64,000 nucleotides of DNA from Myxococcota bacterium. GTDB taxonomy: Bacteria; Myxococcota_A; UBA9160; UBA4427. Within the stretch, counting starts at the first letter, position 1; every line of letters begins with the position of its first letter. Both the position numbers and the translations under genes were made by a program. Below are positions 18,762 through 28,350 of this stretch, piece after piece. Where the stretch lies: positions 3,616,001 through 3,680,000 of the forward strand of contig OZ252299.1 in the NCBI GenBank assembly GCA_965250285.1. Reading direction: 5' to 3'. Below the pieces are notes generated by a model. The model searched no databases, had not been told where the DNA came from, and saw nothing but the letters and a program-made list of their open reading frames with translations.

Positions 18762-19883
18762 CTATGCGGCCCTCGCCTCGCGCCGAACCATCCAGAGCGA
18801 AACGCCGCCCATGGCGAGAATCAGTAGCCCGAGCCCGAGCGGCAGCAGACTCGGCACGGCCGCAGGGCAGTCGGCGGGGCAGCCCGCTTCGCCGGGATCG
18901 CAGATGCCGTCCCCGCACACCGTGTTGAAGCTCACACACATCGAGGGCTGAATCTGTTCCGGAAGGCAGGCGATGCGCGTGCAGGCGGGTGTCTCACCGC
19001 ACGTGCAGTAGTTGCAGCCGTCGAACCACGAGTCGCAGGTGCCCGGGCACTCGACTCGGCAGTCGTAGCTGCAGCCGTCGCCGTTGGCGGTGTTGCCGTC
19101 GTCGCACTCCTCGCCCGGGTCGAGCACGCCGTTGCCGCAGGGTGAGCCGAACTCGAGGCACTCGGCCGGCTCGATCTCGTTGGGCGCACAGAAGCGCTTG
19201 GTGCAGGCGGGCACTACGCCGCACTGACAGGTGTTGCAACCGTCGAACCAGACGGCGCACGAGCCAGGGCAGAGCTCGATCTCGCAGTCGGCACTGCAGC
19301 CGTCGAAGCCGACGAGATTGCCGTCGTCGCACTCTTCGCCCAGCTCGACTTCGCCGTTGCCGCAGGCCGCGAAGTCGAGGCACTCGGCCGGTTGGATCTG
19401 GTCGGGTGCGCAGAACCGCTGCGTGCACGCGGGCACCTCACCGCACTGGCAGGTATTGCAGCCGTCGAACCAGACTTCGCACGAGTCGGGACAGAACTCG
19501 TCCTGACACTCGGCGCTGCAGCCATCAAAGTCGATCAGGTTGCCGTCGTCGCACTCCTCACCGAGCTCGACCTCGCCGTTGCCGCAGAGCGCGAAGTCGA
19601 GGCACTCGGCCGGCTCGAGATCAGCGGGCAAGCAGGCGCGCTTCGTGCAGGCCGGCACGTCGCCGCACAGGCACGTGTTGCAGCCGTCGAACCAGACCTC
19701 ACAGCTGTCGGGGCAGAACTCGTCCTGGCAGCTGGCGCTGCAGCCGTCGAAGTCGACGACGTTCCCGTCGTCGCATGCCTCACCGGCTTCGACCACGCCG
19801 TTGCCGCAGACGGCGTCGGCGGCGGAGGGAACCGCGGCGAAGAGAAGCAATGCGAGCGGGATCAAGAGGAGCGACCGGGCCAT
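18762..19883 (-). CDS. Secreted, C-terminally anchored Cys-rich repeat protein (Myxococcus-type/DUF4215 repeats alternating with pacifastin-like modules)
   Basis: Signal peptide; four copies of CGNG..E.GE.CDDGN....DGCS..C plus CP..C..WFDGCN.C.CG..PACT...C; VPSL-TM-RR tail resembling an IPTL/PEP-CTERM sorting signal. Confidence 0.85.
   Translation of the reverse strand: MARSLLLIPLALLLFAAVPSAADAVCGNGVVEAGEACDDGNVVDFDGCSASCQDEFCPDSCEVWFDGCNTCLCGDVPACTKRACLPADLEPAECLDFALCGNGEVELGEECDDGNLIDFDGCSAECQDEFCPDSCEVWFDGCNTCQCGEVPACTQRFCAPDQIQPAECLDFAACGNGEVELGEECDDGNLVGFDGCSADCEIELCPGSCAVWFDGCNTCQCGVVPACTKRFCAPNEIEPAECLEFGSPCGNGVLDPGEECDDGNTANGDGCSYDCRVECPGTCDSWFDGCNYCTCGETPACTRIACLPEQIQPSMCVSFNTVCGDGICDPGEAGCPADCPAAVPSLLPLGLGLLILAMGGVSLWMVRREARAA
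18920..19808 (-). repeat. Intragenic tandem repeat, four units of about 222 bp
   Basis: The CGNG Cys codons start at 19808, 19586, 19364 and 19139 (spacings 222, 222, 225). Confidence 0.9.
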
Positions 19884-20147
19884 GGGGCCTCCGCGAAGGG
19901 CTGGATCGGGCAGAGCCCCGATCGTTCTCGGCCCCGAAGGTCTCGGCGCCATCGCTCATTCTATCGGAATGCAGCCGCCCGAGCCGAAGGATCATCATCT
20001 CTGACGCAGCGGAGTGTCGTGATGCGGATCGCGCTGGCAGCTCAGCTGATCCTTTGTGGTGTCACTGGAAACCCGATGTGTCGTTCGCGGCTGCTCGGCG
20101 AGGGCCGCGCTCGGTCTCGCGCACGCCGAAGCAGGCATGAGCGCAGG

Positions 20148-20335
20148 CTACGTGTCCGTATGCCTGAAGTCGGCGGGGATCGGGCAGTCGCTGCACACAC
20201 GATCGTCACACAGGCGGCACAGGGTGCGCCGCTCGAGATCGGTCGGCTCCATCGAAGACAGCAACCTCTGCAAGAGCGTGCCCAACGCCTCCTGCTCGTC
20301 GCGCGCCAGCGGCTCGACCAGCTGTTGACCGATCG
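20148..20335 (-). pseudogene. C-terminal remnant of a MarR-family regulator with a Cys-rich tail
   Basis: LVEPLARDEQEALGTLLQRLL (terminal MarR helix) then LCRLCDDRVCSDCP; no HTH and no credible start upstream. Confidence 0.6.
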
Positions 20336-20516
20336 ACTGGGCCGGCTCGACGTGCTGCCGATTCAGGATCTGGGGATCCAGCGCGGCTTCACGAGTTCGT
20401 TCCGGCGGTCGACCAAGCCGGTTGCCCGCGCGATCGAAGACCGCGGCGAGCGCTGGCGCCCTTACCGCAGCATCGCGAGCTGGTACCTCTGGCGTGCAGC
20501 CGACATGACTCGGTAG
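20334..20516 (+). pseudogene. C-terminal remnant of an AlkA-type DNA-3-methyladenine glycosylase
   Basis: RLGRLDVLPIQDLGIQRGF...WRPYRSIASWYLWRA is the C-terminus of the HhH-GPD family; the N-terminal part is missing. Confidence 0.8.
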
Positions 20517-20670
20517 ACAGGTGTTCTCATAAGCGGGCCCGCCGCGATCGATGCGGGTCGAGCCCTCGCGACCAGCATCGATCCTCCGACCCCCCACCCG
20601 GCTCGACCGACCCTCGGCGCCGACGTTGCCGCGTGCGCGCTCGGTGGGTCACCTGCGCGATCGGGTCGCA

Positions 20671-21864
20671 TCACTCGATCTCGCGGACGCGCTTGGGCCA
20701 GGGGTCTTCGAACGGCGCACCACGTTGCCAGGCTTCGATCTCGTCTTCGGTGCACAGGGCGCCGCGCAGCGCCGCTGCGAAGGCCTCGCGCGCGGCGGGG
20801 AGCCCGATCAGCGTGAGCTCGTTGTGCCGGTCGCCAAAGACGGGGTGCTCTGTCTCGAGCCGACCGCGAAGCAGCTCGGCTTCGCTGGGCGTCAGCTTGC
20901 CGTAGCGGTTGTGGACGGCTTCGGCCCGCCAGATACCCGTGAGCTCGAGCGCGATCTGGCTGCCCGATTGCTGCCAGAGCAGCACGTCTTCGGGGCGCGA
21001 CGCGAGCCACAGAAAGCCCTTGATGCGATACAGGCCGGTGCCGAGCTCGCGCTGGCAAGCGTCGTAGAGCCGCTGCGGATGGAAGGGGCGCGGATCGCGG
21101 AAGACGATCGCCTCGAGATCTTCGACGGTCGCCGCCTCTCGACTGAGCCCGAACTGCCTGGCGCGGCGTTCGAGCTCACCGAGGTTGGGCGCTGGCGTGG
21201 GGTCGAGCTGATCGAGCAACAGCCCCGCCTGGGCGGAGAGCCCGACCGTGGCCTGCGGCGCGAGCTTCTGCAGCGTGCGCACCTGGGCGTCGACGACCGA
21301 CCGGGGAAGCGTGTCGATCTTGGTCAGGATGATCACGCTCGCAAAGAGGATCTGCTCGGCCAAAACGCCGGCAGCGCGCGCGAGCGCAGGATCGTCGGGC
21401 ACCGTCGCTTCGCCCGTGAAGACGAGACCATCGGCGAAGTCGCGATGCAGATTCAGCGCGTCGACGGTCACGATGAAGTGGCGCAGGAAGAAGCGGTCGT
21501 CCTGCGTGAGCGCCGTGATCAGCGGCCACGGCCGGGCAACACCCGTGCTCTCACACAGAACATGCGGGGGCGCGGGATCGAGCGTCGCAATCTCGCCCAG
21601 TGCTCTCTTCGCCGAGGGATGGAGCTGTTCTCTGGCGTGGACGCCATGCAGAGCGGCTACGCGATCGACGAGACGGCCGGCCTGGGGCTTCACGTCGTCA
21701 TCCGACAGCAGCTCGGCGTCGAGGCCGAACTCGCTCAGATCGTGCACGACGAGCGCGGCGTCGCGCAGCGCGTCTTCGTGGCGCCAACGCCTGAGCAGCG
21801 TGGTCTTACCCGACCCCAGAAACCCGCACAGCACCGTTACCGGGATCTTCCTCGACGTGCTCAT
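20671..21864 (-). CDS. COG0523 GTPase, YciC/ZigA-like, with atypical metal motif
   Basis: GFLGSGKTT, ESTGVARP, AEQI.FA, TKID, RPFHPQRL, KGFLWLASRP and FGDRHNEL; the CxCC motif is absent. Confidence 0.85.
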   Translation of the reverse strand: MSTSRKIPVTVLCGFLGSGKTTLLRRWRHEDALRDAALVVHDLSEFGLDAELLSDDDVKPQAGRLVDRVAALHGVHAREQLHPSAKRALGEIATLDPAPPHVLCESTGVARPWPLITALTQDDRFFLRHFIVTVDALNLHRDFADGLVFTGEATVPDDPALARAAGVLAEQILFASVIILTKIDTLPRSVVDAQVRTLQKLAPQATVGLSAQAGLLLDQLDPTPAPNLGELERRARQFGLSREAATVEDLEAIVFRDPRPFHPQRLYDACQRELGTGLYRIKGFLWLASRPEDVLLWQQSGSQIALELTGIWRAEAVHNRYGKLTPSEAELLRGRLETEHPVFGDRHNELTLIGLPAAREAFAAALRGALCTEDEIEAWQRGAPFEDPWPKRVREIE

Positions 21865-22063
21865 GCGCGAGGCTCCAGCTTTGACCGACCCCCGGAAGCC
21901 TGAACCGGGCACTCGGCGGTCGGGACGGCAGTGTAGCCGGCGCGGGCTGAGTGCGATCCCCTGCATCGAAGCGCTCCAGAAGTTCGGCCGTGATGCGAAG
22001 CGCTGGTCGAAACCCGAATGAGCCTCGAGCACCGCGGCGATGCGACTCGGGCCCGCGTCCGCT

Positions 22064-22954
22064 TCAACCGGCGACGCCCGTCAGATACTCGATGAACCCC
22101 CGCACGCGCGCAGGCAGGAAGCGCCGCACCGGGTAGACGAGCCAGACGCCGCTGTCGAATGACGTGCCCGCCACCTCGTAGTCGGGCAGCAGATCGACGC
22201 AGCGATTCGTCTCGAGATCGCCATCGATCAGCCAGTCGGGCAGCACCGCGAAGCCCAGCCCTTCGAGCATCGCCGTACGCACCGTGGCCGCGCTGTTCAT
22301 CAACACGCGCGGGCGAAGGGGCACATGGATCGTCTCGCCGGTCGAAGTACGCGCGTTCAGCTGATCGCGAAGGCCTGGAAGACTCATGGCGATGCACGCG
22401 GGGCCAGCGAGGTCTTCGGGGTGCGCGACCTCGAGCTCGTCGGCGAAGCCCCGCTCGGCCACCACGCGGTATCGAACCGACATGAGCTTGCGTGCGACGA
22501 GACTCGACTCGGCGGGCTTGCCGAGCCGGATCGCCAGGTCGACGCGCTCTTCGATGAGGTCGAGCACCGCGTCGCTGAGCTGCAGATCGAGATCGAGCGA
22601 CGGGTGCTGCTGCAGGAAGCCCCGCAGCCGCGGCACCAGCCAGTGTGCTCCGAACGACACCGACGCCGTCACACGAAGATCGCCCTCGAGCGCATCGGTG
22701 CCCGAAGCCAGGTGTTCGCGCGCGTCTTCGAGCTCTTCGAGCAGCGGCTTCACGCGCAGATAGAACTGGCGCCCTTCGGCCGTGATCGTCATTCGGCGGG
22801 TCGTGCGCTGAAAGAGCCGCGCGCCGAGCTGGGCTTCGAGGCCGCTGATCGATCGTGAGATCACCGACGGATCGACGTGCCGCCGCTTCGCGACGGCCGC
22901 GAAGCTGCCGACGTCGGCCACCTCGAGAAAGACCGTGAGTGCGTCGGTATCCAT
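22064..22954 (-). CDS. LysR-family regulator (CrgA-like)
   Basis: N-terminal HTH (GSFAAVA...LEAQLGARLFQRTTR) and DLIEERVDLAIR. Confidence 0.93.
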   Translation of the reverse strand: MDTDALTVFLEVADVGSFAAVAKRRHVDPSVISRSISGLEAQLGARLFQRTTRRMTITAEGRQFYLRVKPLLEELEDAREHLASGTDALEGDLRVTASVSFGAHWLVPRLRGFLQQHPSLDLDLQLSDAVLDLIEERVDLAIRLGKPAESSLVARKLMSVRYRVVAERGFADELEVAHPEDLAGPACIAMSLPGLRDQLNARTSTGETIHVPLRPRVLMNSAATVRTAMLEGLGFAVLPDWLIDGDLETNRCVDLLPDYEVAGTSFDSGVWLVYPVRRFLPARVRGFIEYLTGVAG

Positions 22955-23002
22955 TCGTGCAGATTACGCACTTATTATTTGGTAGGCACGCCATTTAATG
23001 CG

Positions 23003-23017
23003 ATTGATTCGTTCAAT
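23003..23017. promoter_or_regulatory. Candidate LysR box (T-N11-A dyad)
   Basis: ATTGA-TTCGT-TCAAT in the AT-rich spacer between the divergent LysR and SDR genes. Confidence 0.5.
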
Positions 23018-23084
23018 AAGTTGTTCTCCGTCATCACGGCCAGCCAGCGAGCGCCTTGCGAGCGGCCCCCGAAGGGAGAACAGC

Positions 23085-23858
23085 ATGACTTCGATCCCCA
23101 ACACGACCGCCATCGTCACCGGCGCAAGCCGCGGGATCGGTGAAGCGACCGCACGGCACTTCGCGGCGCAGGGCATCCATGTCGTGCTCGTCGCCACGCA
23201 CCGGCCGCGGCTCGATGCGCTGGCCGAGGCGCTGTCGAGCGGCCCGGCCGAGACGCGCGTCGTCGCCGGAAGCGTGGCCGACTACGCGACGCTCGAGGCG
23301 GCTCGCGATGCCGCGCTCGCCATCGACGGCCGGCTCGACATCCTCGTGAACAACGCAGGCCTCATCGATCCCATCGCGCGACTGGCCGACAGCGAGCCAG
23401 CGAGGTGGTCGAACGCCATCGACGTGAACCTGACCGGCGTCTACCACGGTCTGCGAGCCGTGCTTCCGCACATGACCCGGGCGCGGCAGGGCACGGTCAT
23501 CAATCTGAGCTCGGGCGCCGCCACGAACGCGCTCGAAGGTTGGAGCCACTACTGCGCGTCAAAGGCCGGCGTCCTCGCGCTGACCCGATGCGCACACAAG
23601 GAGTCCGCACCGAGCGGCGTCCGGGTGATCGGGCTCAGCCCCGGCACCGTGCTCACGCGGATGCAGTCAGAGATTCGCGATTCGGGGATCAACCCGGTCA
23701 GTCAGCTGCCGAGCTCGGCCCACATCCCCGCCGAGTGGGTCGCGCAGGCGATCGCCTATCTGTGCGGTCCGGGCGGCGACGCGCACGGCGGCACCGATTT
23801 CTCACTCAAGACGAACGAGGGTCGGCTCAGCGTCGGCCTTCCCCCGATCGAGGCGTAG
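23085..23858 (+). CDS. Short-chain dehydrogenase/reductase
   Basis: TGASRGIG, NNAG, SSG and YCASK motifs. Confidence 0.92.
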   Translation: MTSIPNTTAIVTGASRGIGEATARHFAAQGIHVVLVATHRPRLDALAEALSSGPAETRVVAGSVADYATLEAARDAALAIDGRLDILVNNAGLIDPIARLADSEPARWSNAIDVNLTGVYHGLRAVLPHMTRARQGTVINLSSGAATNALEGWSHYCASKAGVLALTRCAHKESAPSGVRVIGLSPGTVLTRMQSEIRDSGINPVSQLPSSAHIPAEWVAQAIAYLCGPGGDAHGGTDFSLKTNEGRLSVGLPPIEA

Positions 23859-23891
23859 CGGTCCATCGGGCCAGCACGAAGGATCCATCGC

Positions 23892-24518
23892 ATGCAGCAC
23901 TACGGCGACATCATGTTCACCGACACCGTGAAGGCCGAGCAGACGCGCCGCGGCTCGCGCACGGCCTACGAAAAGATGACCGCGCGCCCCGCGCCGAGCG
24001 GGCTCGGCGAGGCCGAAGCCGCGTTCATCGAAGCGCGCGACTCGTTCTACATGGCGACGGTCACCGAGACCGGCTGGCCCTACATCCAGCACCGAGGCGG
24101 GCCGGCGGGTTTCTTGCGCGTGCTCGGGCCGAACGAGATCGGGTTCGCAGACTACCGCGGCAATCGGCAGTACATCTCGAAGAGCAACCTGGAGGGGGAG
24201 AGTCGGGTCTCGCTGATCCTGATGGACTACCCGGGCCGGGCCCGGCTCAAGATCGCCGGTCGAGCGGCGGTGCTCGACGCCGCCGAGGCGCCCGACCTCG
24301 CCGACCGGCTCGCCGTCGAGGGCGAGGGCCACGTCGAGCGCCTCTTCGTCATCGAGGTCGAAGCCTTCGACTGGAATTGCCCGCAGTTCATCACGCCGCG
24401 GTTCACGGCCGACGAGGTCGTCGATGTGGTCGAACGTCGACACCGCTCGCTGGTGGACGAGAATGCCAAGCTGAAGGCGCAACTGGCCGAGCTCGAGGCA
24501 GTGGACGAACGCGCGTAG
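23892..24518 (+). CDS. Pyridoxamine 5'-phosphate oxidase-like FMN-binding protein
   Basis: GWPYIQHRGGPAGFL, ADYRGNRQYIS and FDWNCPQFITPR motifs. Confidence 0.88.
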   Translation: MQHYGDIMFTDTVKAEQTRRGSRTAYEKMTARPAPSGLGEAEAAFIEARDSFYMATVTETGWPYIQHRGGPAGFLRVLGPNEIGFADYRGNRQYISKSNLEGESRVSLILMDYPGRARLKIAGRAAVLDAAEAPDLADRLAVEGEGHVERLFVIEVEAFDWNCPQFITPRFTADEVVDVVERRHRSLVDENAKLKAQLAELEAVDERA

Positions 24519-24701
24519 TCGCGACCCCGACTCCGCTCCCTCATGAGACGTGCTATCACCGCTCCGTGTCAGGGCGCGTATGGACGCGCCTCGGTCTGAC
24601 GTCTCGTGAGTGGCCGATCCCTGCGCGGCCGGTCCGAGAGACAAACACGCGGCATCGTGCCCTGACGTGCGCGGTCGGCCGATCAGAAGGAACCCACTCG
24701 A

Positions 24702-25298
24702 ATGGCAATCAGCGGTCCGGTCCCCAACGTTCGTCGCATCGCGGGCACCGAGGTGCACCGCGCCGTCGATACCCTGACGATGGCCTTCGCCGCTGATCCG
24801 ACGATGCGCTGGCTCTGGCCCGAGAGCGACGTGTATCTGCGGAGCTTTCCGAGGCTGGTCGCCTCATTCGGTGGTCGCGCCTTCGAGCATTCGGGTGCCC
24901 ACGCGGACGAGGCGTTCGGCGGCGTCGCGCTCTGGCTGCCCCCCGGCGTCACACCCGACGGCGACGCCGTCGTGGCCCTGTTCGAAGAAACGATCCCGCC
25001 GCCGCGGTGCGATGAGGCCCTGAAGCTCCTCGAGCACATGGATGAGCACACCCCGGCCGAAGCGCACTGGCACCTCTCGTTCATCGGAGTGGACGCGTCG
25101 CGTCAGGGCGAGGGCCTCGGCAGCCACGTGATGCGCAACGGGGTCGAGATGTGCGACGACCACGGCACCCCGGGCTACCTCGAGTCTTCGAACCCGTCGA
25201 ACATTGCGTTCTACCAGCGACATGGCTACGAGATCGTCGGTGAGATTCAGGTCGGCTCTTCGCCGGTGGTCACACCGATGTGGCGCGCGCGCGGATGA
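24702..25298 (+). CDS. GNAT acetyltransferase
   Basis: HWHLSFIGV...QGEGLGS and YLESS...NIAFYQRHGY. Confidence 0.88.
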   Translation: MAISGPVPNVRRIAGTEVHRAVDTLTMAFAADPTMRWLWPESDVYLRSFPRLVASFGGRAFEHSGAHADEAFGGVALWLPPGVTPDGDAVVALFEETIPPPRCDEALKLLEHMDEHTPAEAHWHLSFIGVDASRQGEGLGSHVMRNGVEMCDDHGTPGYLESSNPSNIAFYQRHGYEIVGEIQVGSSPVVTPMWRARG

Positions 25299-25369
25299 AC
25301 GGGCGGCGGCGACCGCCTTCGCGTTCGGCGCGCTGAATCGGGCATCGCCGTCGACCTCGCGCGGCGATG

Positions 25370-26794
25370 CTACGCCGGCCCGGCCACGACCGGGGGCCGT
25401 CGCTTCCAGTGCTCGGTGGCCTGCTGGAAGGCGTAGGCGAGCTGCAAGACGCCGAAGTCGTCATGCTGGCGACCGACGATCTGCAGCCCCACCGGCCAGC
25501 CTTCATCGGTGAAGCCGCACGGAACCGAGATGGCCGGGTGCCCTGTCAGCGTCACGAACGAGGCCGACTTCATCCAGTCGATGTAGGTCTCCATCGCGAC
25601 GCCTTCGATCTCGGTCGGGTATTCGAGCTCGATGTCGAAGGGCGGCACCTGGTTGACCGGCATCACCACGAACTCGTTCGCCGCGAGCAGCGACGCGAAT
25701 CGCGCGACGAGCGCCGTGCGGCGGGCTTCGGCCTCGGCGAGCTCGGTGGCCGATAGACCGCGGCCCAGCTCGATGTTCCACCGAAGCGTTTCTTTGAGGG
25801 TCGCCAACGCCGCCGGCGGCAGGCTCGCGAAGCCCGATGCAAAGGTGTGCGCTCTCAGCACCTGAAACGCCTCGTTCGCACCCGACCAGTCCATCGTCGA
25901 AGGCTCGACCGATGCACCGAGCGACTCGAGTACGGGGAGAGCGGTCTCGATCACCGCCTGAACACGCGGGTCGACCGGCAGGCCGCCGAGATCGGCGTCG
26001 TAGGCGATGCGCGTCTCCTCGAAGTCGCGGTCGAGGGGCTCGGCGAACCGCGTGCCCGGTGTCTCGAGCGAGAGCGGCGCGCGCGGGTCGGGGCCCGCCA
26101 TCACCGAGAGAAGCAGAGCTGCGTCTTCGACGGTGCGACCCATGGGGCCGAGCACCGAAAGAGAATCCCAGCCCGAGGTGGCCGATACGCTCGGCACTCG
26201 GCCCACCGAGGGTCGAAGCCCCACGACGTTGTTCCAGTTGGCGGGGTTGCGGAGCGACCCGCCCATGTCGCTGCCGTCGGCGAGCGGCACCATGCCGGTC
26301 GCCAACGCGACGCCCGCTCCGCCGCTGCTCCCCCCGCAGCTTCGCGTTCGGTCGTACGGGTTGCGTGTAGCGCCGAAGACGGGATTGAACGTGTGCGAGC
26401 CCGCCCCCGCTTCGGGCATGTTCGTCTTGCCGATCGTGATCGCGCCCTGGGCGCGCACGCGCGCGACGAGCAGGTCGTCGGCGGTCGGCACGTGCTCGGC
26501 CAGCACCTCGAGCCCCATCGTGCTGCGGATGCCCGCCGTCATGACGGCGTCCTTGTGCGCGATGGGCAGCCCATGCAGCCGACCGAGCGGCTCACCGCGG
26601 GCCTGCTTTTCGTCGGCAGCGAGCGCCCACGCTTCGGCCTGTTCTGCGACGAGCGTCACGATGGCGTTGACATCGGGGTTGACGGCATCGATGCGAGCGA
26701 GGTGCGCGGCGAGCAGCTCGCGCGCCGACAGCTCGCCGCTCGCGACCCGCTTCGCCAGCTCGACCGCCGAGCGATCGCAGAGATCCGTGTCCAT
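25370..26794 (-). CDS. Amidase-signature family amidase
   Basis: GLPIAHKD, GGSSGG and GSDMGGSLRNPA (Lys-cisSer-Ser triad). Confidence 0.93.
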   Translation of the reverse strand: MDTDLCDRSAVELAKRVASGELSARELLAAHLARIDAVNPDVNAIVTLVAEQAEAWALAADEKQARGEPLGRLHGLPIAHKDAVMTAGIRSTMGLEVLAEHVPTADDLLVARVRAQGAITIGKTNMPEAGAGSHTFNPVFGATRNPYDRTRSCGGSSGGAGVALATGMVPLADGSDMGGSLRNPANWNNVVGLRPSVGRVPSVSATSGWDSLSVLGPMGRTVEDAALLLSVMAGPDPRAPLSLETPGTRFAEPLDRDFEETRIAYDADLGGLPVDPRVQAVIETALPVLESLGASVEPSTMDWSGANEAFQVLRAHTFASGFASLPPAALATLKETLRWNIELGRGLSATELAEAEARRTALVARFASLLAANEFVVMPVNQVPPFDIELEYPTEIEGVAMETYIDWMKSASFVTLTGHPAISVPCGFTDEGWPVGLQIVGRQHDDFGVLQLAYAFQQATEHWKRRPPVVAGPA

Positions 26795-26946
26795 CGTCGC
26801 GCCCTCCAGGTGCACGCCTGCGAAGGGTAGAGCCCTACCCCGCTCGATCCATGGCGCGCAGGCGCATTCCGCACGACTCAGCGATCTCGACCGGGTGTTC
26901 TAGCGTTGCGCTGTCCATGAACACGCGCGGGCATCGAGGAGACCGC

Positions 26947-27582
26947 ATGAAGACGCTCGTCATCGGAAGCCACGGCCAGATCGGCCGCATTCTCTGTCGC
27001 AAGGCGGCGACGTACGGCCTCGAGCTGCGCGCGATGGTGCGCGACGCGTCGCAGGCTTCGGCGCTCGCCAGCCCGGCCGTCGACGTGGTCGAGGGCGACC
27101 TCGAGGGCGCCTTCGCCGATGCCTTCGAGGGATGTGACCGCGCCGTCTTCACGGCGGGCTCGGGCGGCCACACCGGCGGCGACAAGACCCTGCTCATCGA
27201 TCTCTACGGGGCGATCCGCGCCATCGAGCTGAGCGAGACGCGGGGCATCGAGCACTTCGTGATGGTGAGCGCGTTGCGCGCCGATCGACCGCTCGAGGGA
27301 CCGCCGGCGATGCGCCACTACTTCGTCGCGAAGAAGCTGGCCGACGACCGCCTGCGCGCGAGCCCGGTGCCGTCGACCATTCTTCGGCCCGGGCGGCTCA
27401 CCGACGCGCCCGGCAGCGGCCGCGTGACGACCGATGTGACCCGGGCAAGCGGCGTCGACATCTCGAGAGAGAATGTCGCCGACTGCATCGCAGCCGCACT
27501 GACACACGCGAACGCGCGCGGGCGGGTCGTCGACCTGCTCGACGGAGATCAGCCGATCGACGCGGTGTTCGCCGAGCGCTGA
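26947..27582 (+). CDS. Atypical SDR / NAD(P)-binding protein (YhfK-like)
   Basis: GSHGQIG, FTAGSGGHTG, YFVAK and ILRPGRLTD. Confidence 0.88.
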   Translation: MKTLVIGSHGQIGRILCRKAATYGLELRAMVRDASQASALASPAVDVVEGDLEGAFADAFEGCDRAVFTAGSGGHTGGDKTLLIDLYGAIRAIELSETRGIEHFVMVSALRADRPLEGPPAMRHYFVAKKLADDRLRASPVPSTILRPGRLTDAPGSGRVTTDVTRASGVDISRENVADCIAAALTHANARGRVVDLLDGDQPIDAVFAER

Positions 27583-27761
27583 GGCCTTCGCCTGCGGCCC
27601 GGCCACGAGCGCAGCGCGTCGCTTCCTTGATCAGTCATGCTGCGGGCTCCGGGAGTGGCATCGGCTGGTCGGGTGTACCCTTTCCGATGAATTCCGTTTG
27701 CGCACTCGGCGTGATCGATGTGATCGGATTCGGTGCGAACCAATGACGAGGAGCATGCACG

Positions 27762-28223
27762 ATGAGCGCTGCCTACCAGTTCGATGGCGAGAAGATCGAT
27801 TGGACGCTGATCGAAGATCCGACCCAGCCCTACCCCTGCAAGTACGAGATGGCGATTCTGGGCGCCGACCCGGCTACGGGTCGCCTCGACCTGATCGTGC
27901 GTTGGCCCGCGAACTCGTACTGCCACTTCCACCGCCACGTCGCCGACACCGCGGTGCTGGTCCTCGAAGGGGAGCAGCACATCATCGAGATCCATGACGA
28001 CGGGAGCGAAGGCGAGCACAAGGTGCGGCCCGCCGGCACGTACGTGATGAGCCCCGGTGGCGAGGCCCACATGGAGCGCGGCGGCCCCGACGGTGCCCTC
28101 GTCTTCTTCTCGCTCCTTGCGGGAGACGGCCCGGTGTTCGAGACGCTCGACAAGGACATGAACGTGCTCGACGCCGCCACGGTCGCAGAGATGGCCGAGA
28201 CCCCGACCCTCGGAGCGAAGTGA
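27762..28223 (+). CDS. Cupin-domain protein
   Basis: CHFHRH...VLEGEQH...GEAHME cupin metal motif. Confidence 0.8.
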   Translation: MSAAYQFDGEKIDWTLIEDPTQPYPCKYEMAILGADPATGRLDLIVRWPANSYCHFHRHVADTAVLVLEGEQHIIEIHDDGSEGEHKVRPAGTYVMSPGGEAHMERGGPDGALVFFSLLAGDGPVFETLDKDMNVLDAATVAEMAETPTLGAK

Positions 28224-28350
28224 CCGCCGCAGGGCGAGACGTGTCCATTCCCGACCGCGCGAAACACGAAGCGGGCCGAGCGATGCGCCGCACCGGCGAT
28301 CGCGAAGGCCCGCGGATCGATCTCCCATCCGACGAGCCTGGAGCCACCCG

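Noticed and set aside
18920..19808. Regular repeats considered as a CRISPR array
   Set aside because: The units are about 222 bp, in frame and protein-coding; there are no short repeats with unique spacers and no cas genes.
20148..20597. 149-aa ORF as an intact gene
   Set aside because: Its N-terminal half is the antisense of the AlkA fragment; only the last 60 or so residues look protein-like.
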